NCBI GenBank assembly: GCA_003345555.1
Contig: PRDJ01000037.1
Location: 26,314-58,313 of the forward strand
DNA length: 32,000 bases
Source of the DNA: Candidatus Thorarchaeota archaeon
GTDB taxonomy: Archaea > Asgardarchaeota > Thorarchaeia > Thorarchaeales > Thorarchaeaceae
Reading direction: 5' to 3'
The first letter of the stretch is position 1, and the number at the start of each line of letters is the position of its first letter. Below the pieces are notes generated by a model that worked only from the letters and a program-made list of their open reading frames with translations, searched no databases and was not told the origin of the DNA. Made by a program: the position numbers and the translations under genes. This document shows positions 26,788 through 32,000 of this stretch, piece after piece.

Positions 26788-27774
26788 TCATGTCCACTGC
26801 TCCAATGTGGCTTGGTGTCTCCCGAATTCGCGCCATATCCGGACAATCTGGTCAGCAGTCTCTTCACTCCTTTCCTGACCAAAACAGGGCAGAAGAAGAG
26901 AAACAAGCTTGGACACGATTGGCGGTCTAAGAGATGCATCGAGGCCTGAAACGGAAATGTAGGCGGTCTGTTCGAAGACTTCTCGCGCGAGAAGGAGCGG
27001 TTCCCTCTCATCGGGGCGGTAACCTTTCGCCCTCAAGACAGCCTCTAGACTCCCATACCGCTTCAAGAGGATGGTTCCCTTGTGCGGACCCACTCCCTTG
27101 ATGCCGTCATTGTGGAAATCGCAGCCGCAGATTACTGCCAGGTCTCTAAGCTGGTCAAGGCCCAGACCAAGTGAGTCTTCGAGTTCCTGAAGCGTAGCTC
27201 TACAGATGCGGCCTCGGGACAACTCCATGTGATTTGTCACATGAGGGCTTCCAAAGAATAAGGCGTCCGCATCATTTGATACAACTGTCTTGACGAGGCC
27301 GCCCCTGCACAATGTCGCGCACAGCATTTCCGCCTCTGAAGGTGCCGTCAAAGTGGGAACACCCATGGCACGCGCCAAGTCCTTGAGGTGTTCTGCTGCA
27401 AAATACATGCGAAGTGCGGGGCTGTTTAGAATCTCTCTAGAGACTTTCTCGTTGTAGGGGTCACTCTCTCGTGAGAACTCAGAATAGACCTCATGGGCTC
27501 TTATCACGAGCTCGGGGTTTGGCTCTCTCTTCAAGGACTCCGGAGGTCCATCGAAGACCAAGACGGGCAGCACCTTATTACGAAGTGCAGTCTTGATGAG
27601 ACCAAATCCCATCAGAAGGTGCTCGAGAGGTACTCTTTCTCTGTAGGTCTTCTTCCGCTTCAAGACAGAGACTCTTCGGGTGATGTAATTCGGTGCATCT
27701 ACTGCAATGGTTCCGAGAATCTCGTATGAATCGGCCCAGACCCACGGAATGACACTGAACCGTTTTACGCCCAT
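26788..27774 (-). CDS. fen: Divergent FEN1/XPG-family 5' nuclease with a C-terminal PIP box
   Basis: MGV start; acidic residues D26 (AVDA), D75 (VFDG), E147/E149 (APSEAE), D168/D170 (SNDAD) and GCDF; H3TH GIKGVGPHKG; C-terminal QATLEQW. Confidence 0.9.
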   Translation of the reverse strand: MGVKRFSVIPWVWADSYEILGTIAVDAPNYITRRVSVLKRKKTYRERVPLEHLLMGFGLIKTALRNKVLPVLVFDGPPESLKREPNPELVIRAHEVYSEFSRESDPYNEKVSREILNSPALRMYFAAEHLKDLARAMGVPTLTAPSEAEMLCATLCRGGLVKTVVSNDADALFFGSPHVTNHMELSRGRICRATLQELEDSLGLGLDQLRDLAVICGCDFHNDGIKGVGPHKGTILLKRYGSLEAVLRAKGYRPDEREPLLLAREVFEQTAYISVSGLDASLRPPIVSKLVSLLLPCFGQERSEETADQIVRIWREFGRHQATLEQWT

Positions 27775-27783
27775 TGGGAGTCC

Positions 27784-28512
27784 TCACTTGATGCTGCTGA
27801 TGTTTTTTGCTGACAACCTGATCACAACCCCCGTTGGAGGATCGGGAAGAGGACATCTTTCTACAAGTATGGTGACTAGGTTGTCCGTACCAACATCCAG
27901 CTTCTCTACGCGTACGACGCTGTCAACGTTGTGCGCCACGACGTTGCCGCCAATCGGGGAGGGCTCACCAGAGGACCAATTGGGTGAAGAGTGGTCTGTC
28001 ATCATCACATGCGCTGAGCTATGATTAACGAATTCCCTTATCGTCTCCAGTGTATGAAAGAGCTTTCTTTGTCTTCCTGGACCGGTGACATCGTCACTCA
28101 AATCAAGTGCCGACGTTAGGCTATCGACCACAACGACCTGCACTCGTTCAGTGTCACGAATGAGTGATAGCTCATGTTCTATGTCTGAAAGACTCAGCAC
28201 TTTTCCGACAGCTATGCGTTGAAGGATTCCCGACGCATCTTGGTACCGACCGCACAAGGACCTAGCCAATGTTGGACTGTAGTTGTTCCCGGCATGTAGA
28301 TAGACCGAGCGCTGCCCGTTTGCTTTGGCTGCGCAGACAGTGACCAAGTGTGCAAGTGCCGTGAGGGGTGCCCGACTAGGACCATGAAGCAAGCTGATCT
28401 GGCTCGGTATGAGCAGCCTCCCCAATACTGCATCTAGGGGTTTGGGCACCAAAGAAAAGTGAGGCGCAGGGTCAATCGCTATCTCCTCAAGCGGCCTGCG
28501 ATAGATGCTCAT
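27784..28512 (-). CDS. RadA/Rad51-like RecA-fold paralog with a degenerate Walker A (predicted pseudo-ATPase)
   Basis: LDAVLG, HGPSRAPLTALAH (RadA has GEFGSGKTQLAH), VVVVDSLTS, RQRKL and PIGGNVVAH. There is no N-terminal HhH domain. GAGGAGG lies upstream; the start is ATG 28512 or GTG 28515. Confidence 0.8.
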   Translation of the reverse strand: MSIYRRPLEEIAIDPAPHFSLVPKPLDAVLGRLLIPSQISLLHGPSRAPLTALAHLVTVCAAKANGQRSVYLHAGNNYSPTLARSLCGRYQDASGILQRIAVGKVLSLSDIEHELSLIRDTERVQVVVVDSLTSALDLSDDVTGPGRQRKLFHTLETIREFVNHSSAHVMMTDHSSPNWSSGEPSPIGGNVVAHNVDSVVRVEKLDVGTDNLVTILVERCPLPDPPTGVVIRLSAKNISSIK

Positions 28513-29458
28513 CACCTCCTCGGATTAGAGAGTAATTCCTAAACAGGACTACACCGGTCTCCAGCCCTCGTGGGATTTCCTCTGTCTTGAGGCCGGGAAC
28601 AATCTCTTCTGGAAACACAGCTACGAGGCTTCCTTTGTCGGCAAAGACTGTCAGTCTCTCCGGCCATTGGGAAATTGCTTGAGTCAACGCCATGCTGTCT
28701 CTGACTATGCGATAGTCACGCATCTTGAGCCCATATGATTCATCAATGAGTGGAAGCATAAGAACGGCCTCGGCTAGCAAGGGCCGGGCCCGCTTCACAT
28801 GGGAAATACCATATTCCGAAAGCGTAGACGTTGCCTTGCGAAACACTCCTTCATCGGCATCTGAGGAAGTAACAATTACAGCATAGCAGTCTGCAAGACG
28901 AGTAATCGATACAGGTAGAAGGGGCCTCTCCTTCATCAGCTGTATAACCTTGTGTCTATCTTCCTGCTGCAGTACAATCACTCGTGCTTGTTGCATGAGG
29001 GCGCTAGAGAGTGTCGCGATCGCTGTTGGGGTGATTTGACCTGATGGGTTGTCAGTGTACAATGCCAGCGAACGCAGTTGAGACCTTCCTCTGTAATTCC
29101 AGACGCTCGGAGGGAAAGCTGCTGCGGAGAAGCTAAGAATGGTGGCCACAGATGTGATGAAGGATGCGAGAAGTCCCCATGGAAGAACGTACGCAAATGA
29201 GACAGCGGCCACGTAAGCGATTGTTCCGTAAGCCAACATGGTTAGAATCGGTCTGGTTGGAGAATGGCTCTTGACTCGTCGCACCAGCAGGCAGAGGACA
29301 AGAGTTCCAACGAATGTCAATATAAGAGGAAGCAAGTCACCATGACGTGCTGATACAACAACTGAAATGATTGAAGCCAGAATCTCAGTCCCTACGGTTA
29401 AGACCACCATGACCACCAGACCGAACACGATTCCTTTCCACAGAAGGCCGCCGAACAT
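28487..29458 (-). CDS. Hypothetical membrane protein (about 4 N-terminal TMs + soluble C-terminal domain)
   Basis: 323-aa ORF with hydrophobic helices in the first ~115 aa. It is translationally coupled to both neighbours. Confidence 0.75.
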   Translation of the reverse strand: MFGGLLWKGIVFGLVVMVVLTVGTEILASIISVVVSARHGDLLPLILTFVGTLVLCLLVRRVKSHSPTRPILTMLAYGTIAYVAAVSFAYVLPWGLLASFITSVATILSFSAAAFPPSVWNYRGRSQLRSLALYTDNPSGQITPTAIATLSSALMQQARVIVLQQEDRHKVIQLMKERPLLPVSITRLADCYAVIVTSSDADEGVFRKATSTLSEYGISHVKRARPLLAEAVLMLPLIDESYGLKMRDYRIVRDSMALTQAISQWPERLTVFADKGSLVAVFPEEIVPGLKTEEIPRGLETGVVLFRNYSLIRGGDEHLSQAA

Positions 29459-29461
29459 GCT

Positions 29462-30148
29462 CTATGGATTCCTCCCGATGTCTGATGACTGGCAAATGCA
29501 GTTTACTTCAATCAGTCCCGTGTCCAGAAGTCTCAGTCTGCCAATCTGCGTCTGAACTCCAGATTTCGGATCAATGCCTGTAATGCTAGAATATCGACCC
29601 GCCATCTCTCTTCGTATGAGAATCTCTTTATCGGACCAGCGCCTGATTGCTTGTTGATGAACTGGGGCATTCTCGCTTTCCTGAAGCAATCTGCACTCGC
29701 TGGTAACAAGCACTCTTGATCCATTGGCCGCTAGGGCAGCAAGAGTGGGCAGCGCCTCCTCAATGAGCTCTTGACCCCACAACGTGGGGTTCGAACGCGC
29801 CATGTCCGCCACTCGCGTCACTGGGTCCACCACAATTAGTGCAGTGCTCCTTTCGAGCAAGGGCACAAGATTGAGAATAGCTCGCTGTGCTTCGTTGTGA
29901 CTCCGAGTCATTGTCACGAGGATGTTGCCAGTGCTACCGCCCCGCTCTTTCACGTTTCTCTTGAGATGAGGTATGAAGGACATCTTCCCATCTGTGCTAA
30001 TCCATTCAACCTGAGTGTTAGCAGACGCTTGGGCTGCCATCGCGACGGCAAAGAGACTCTTCCCGGCACCTGCAGGTCCCCAAACATGTACGAGCCCGTT
30101 GAGTCCCAGCGAGGTCGATGGCCAACGACTAGATGTCTCTATCCTCAT
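29462..30148 (-). CDS. RecA-superfamily ATPase (RadB/Rad51-paralog-like), intact Walker A
   Basis: VHVWGPAGAGKS (30056-30079 encodes GPAGAGKS), WISTDG, Walker B LIVVDPV and LVTSE. The start is placed at MRIETS (ATG 30148). No RadB-type KHR patch was seen. Confidence 0.8.
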   Translation of the reverse strand: MRIETSSRWPSTSLGLNGLVHVWGPAGAGKSLFAVAMAAQASANTQVEWISTDGKMSFIPHLKRNVKERGGSTGNILVTMTRSHNEAQRAILNLVPLLERSTALIVVDPVTRVADMARSNPTLWGQELIEEALPTLAALAANGSRVLVTSECRLLQESENAPVHQQAIRRWSDKEILIRREMAGRYSSITGIDPKSGVQTQIGRLRLLDTGLIEVNCICQSSDIGRNP

Positions 30149-31904
30149 CGTTCTGTCCTTCTTCCGTTGCTTTTCCACCGGCATCCTTGTGAACCAATGC
30201 CCGCACAGAGTGTTCCTGTCCGCGTGTCTTGACGACTGTGTCAGCTTTGGTGGGGTCATCCATCTTGGCAACATAACGTGTTTGTGCTGCCGAGTCTTTG
30301 TCCTCGCTCTCAACAGACTTGCTAGCAACTGGGCTCTCTAGAGATTCTTGCATTCGCAAAGTGGCCGATGCTTCTGATTTCCTGGACGGCAGAGAGTCCG
30401 TAGTAGGACTTGAATTATCACGTATGGATTGGGAGGCCTGTCTGAATTCCTCATTCCTGTCTACATGTTTGCCTCCAGTCACGGGCTGATCGAAATCTGG
30501 CTGAGTTTCTGCTTTCGTCTCCGGTGAACGAGCAACTGATACTGTTTCGTCCGGCCCATGCAGAATCTGTTCGAGTTCATGTGCAACAGTTTCCATTGCC
30601 CACGTGTTCATGACGTTGTCGAGTTTCTCCCTAGCATCTTGGGTGAGCACTCCCGAGTCACCCAAGACGTTTGTCAGTGATGTCATGTGGTCGACGACTT
30701 CCCCGAATCCTATGGGACTTGACAGATGTCCGGTGAGTCCAACGTAGGCAACAGCTAAGCTTTCCTCTTCTGAATTTACGCCGAGGTACTTCATGAATCC
30801 AAGGAATCTCTTGAGACCTTCGTCTGTTCCAGCCAGAGATGGTTCGATCTCATTTGCAGGGCTTGGTGAGAGGCGCACACACTCATCTAGCACGTAACAT
30901 GCCGACGAAACAGCATGATTCACATCGCCCGCCTTCAGTGCTTCTGCCGCCATCACCATCAGAGGTGAGACAACGAAGCTTAGGTCTTCAACCGTTCTCA
31001 GCAAGTCCCGGTTCTTCTCAGCTGATTTTGCGGTTCTGGCGGAATCTCCCACCTCCAATGCGTGGAGATGCTCGGTCTTCAGTGCAAGAACGAGCTCGTT
31101 GAATCTCCGCCTCGATGTAGACAGCAGCTTGACAGTCGCAATGCCGGCAACTCCTGCGAGCAATAGAGGTACAATCATTGCAGTTGGGTGTCCTAGACCG
31201 ACCATGGAAGCTGTCATCAGCCCTACCAATATAGTGACGAGGGCTAACACACCATACCATCCGTTCGCCATCGCCTGCCGAACTAGAGCTACCTTGTTCT
31301 TGCCTACACCGTTTCTCAGCTTTGCGGATGAGGACCTCATGTCGCTCTGCCGCGAAAGTGCAAGGTCACTGATGCTCACTACCCTTTTCGAGTCCGTCAG
31401 CCATGAAAGGTCTGCCGCGGGTCGAATGTCCTTGCAGATTGCATACACCCATCTTGTCTCTATGACTATCGAAGATGCTTTACCTGACTGTGTCAACAGT
31501 ATCGGCAGACGAATGCGTCCCCAGGGCATGACCAAAGGTTTCTCGCTCAATGATTCTTCGAGACCCACATCGTCAAGAATGCCTTGCAGCGGCCTATTCA
31601 CATGCGCCAGTACCGCTGCCATCATCGCAGTTGTAGTTTTCCATGCTTTGTCAGAACGCAAGTCCACTACGTGCGTGATTTCAATATGCACACTGCGAGT
31701 TCCCGGAACCGCCTCAAGTCGGACTGCTAGAACAATGCCGTTTGAATAAGAGTGAACTCTGTGACCTGAGTTCTTGAGGATTGCAGCAATATCGTCAGTG
31801 CGGCGCTTGGTATCATCCTTTGCTCCTGTCTCACTGCGAGCGGAAGCATGTTGATCGGTTTTCCCAGAAACCTCCCTGGGCATCTCAGATTCAGTCGTTG
31901 TCAT
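30129..31904 (-). CDS. Hypothetical protein with a central 2-TM hairpin, helical region and disordered C-terminus
   Basis: Long ORF. The ATG at 31904 is preceded by the RBS GGGGTGA. TMs: WYGVLALVTILVGLMTASMV and MIVPLLLAGVAGIATV. The tail is rich in S/E/K/D/T. Confidence 0.75.
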   Translation of the reverse strand: MTTTESEMPREVSGKTDQHASARSETGAKDDTKRRTDDIAAILKNSGHRVHSYSNGIVLAVRLEAVPGTRSVHIEITHVVDLRSDKAWKTTTAMMAAVLAHVNRPLQGILDDVGLEESLSEKPLVMPWGRIRLPILLTQSGKASSIVIETRWVYAICKDIRPAADLSWLTDSKRVVSISDLALSRQSDMRSSSAKLRNGVGKNKVALVRQAMANGWYGVLALVTILVGLMTASMVGLGHPTAMIVPLLLAGVAGIATVKLLSTSRRRFNELVLALKTEHLHALEVGDSARTAKSAEKNRDLLRTVEDLSFVVSPLMVMAAEALKAGDVNHAVSSACYVLDECVRLSPSPANEIEPSLAGTDEGLKRFLGFMKYLGVNSEEESLAVAYVGLTGHLSSPIGFGEVVDHMTSLTNVLGDSGVLTQDAREKLDNVMNTWAMETVAHELEQILHGPDETVSVARSPETKAETQPDFDQPVTGGKHVDRNEEFRQASQSIRDNSSPTTDSLPSRKSEASATLRMQESLESPVASKSVESEDKDSAAQTRYVAKMDDPTKADTVVKTRGQEHSVRALVHKDAGGKATEEGQNDEDRDI

Positions 31905-32000
31905 TTGGCTCACCCCTTTTCATTCGAGATTCAATCGCATCTGACAATCGGGTTGCAGTCTCGCTTGCTTTTGATAATCCACCAAGGCTGGCAATAGCTT

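Noticed and set aside
29462-30148. Assigning the symbol radB
   Set aside because: It has a RecA fold with an intact Walker A, but no RadB KHR basic patch was seen, so orthology cannot be claimed without a phylogeny.
1-32000. CRISPR arrays, IS/transposases, integrases, rRNA/tRNA genes
   Set aside because: On manual reading I saw no regularly spaced 25-45 bp direct repeats, terminal inverted repeats, DDE or tyrosine-recombinase motifs, or RNA-gene signatures. A tRNAscan/Infernal run would be needed to be certain.

Overview
This 32 kb window is archaeal DNA. An Asgard (Thorarchaeota-like) origin is inferred from the gene families, the GGAGG/GGTGA ribosome-binding sites and the giant TM-anchored exoproteins; it is not proven. 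No RNA genes, CRISPR arrays or mobile elements were seen. Left to right: a 5'-truncated TM plus coiled-coil protein; a 1606-aa membrane-anchored pyrolysin-like S8 protease with a structured upstream region; glyoxylate reductase, a small wHTH regulator, a CitG-family protein and a Sir2 deacylase; and a grpE-dnaK-dnaJ operon preceded by four hairpins, the last of which buries the Shine-Dalgarno site (candidate RNA thermometer). Next come a COG1751 PK_C-domain protein and two distantly paralogous ~650-700 aa proteins with tandem Lrp-like wHTH/RAM modules. These two bracket a two-gene unit: a degenerate (HExxH-less) M50/zincin-like membrane protein and a 2603-aa surface protein (GATase-like domain, alpha/alpha toroid repeats, ~16-17 Ig-like repeats, TM). 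The window ends with a tightly coupled five-gene minus-strand operon: 2-TM protein, Walker-A-intact RecA-fold ATPase, 4-TM protein, Walker-A-dead RadA/Rad51 paralog, and a divergent FEN1 with a PIP box. That operon and the paired Lrp-like proteins around the giant surface protein are the best candidates for undescribed systems. All family assignments come from motifs recognised by eye; no searches were run.
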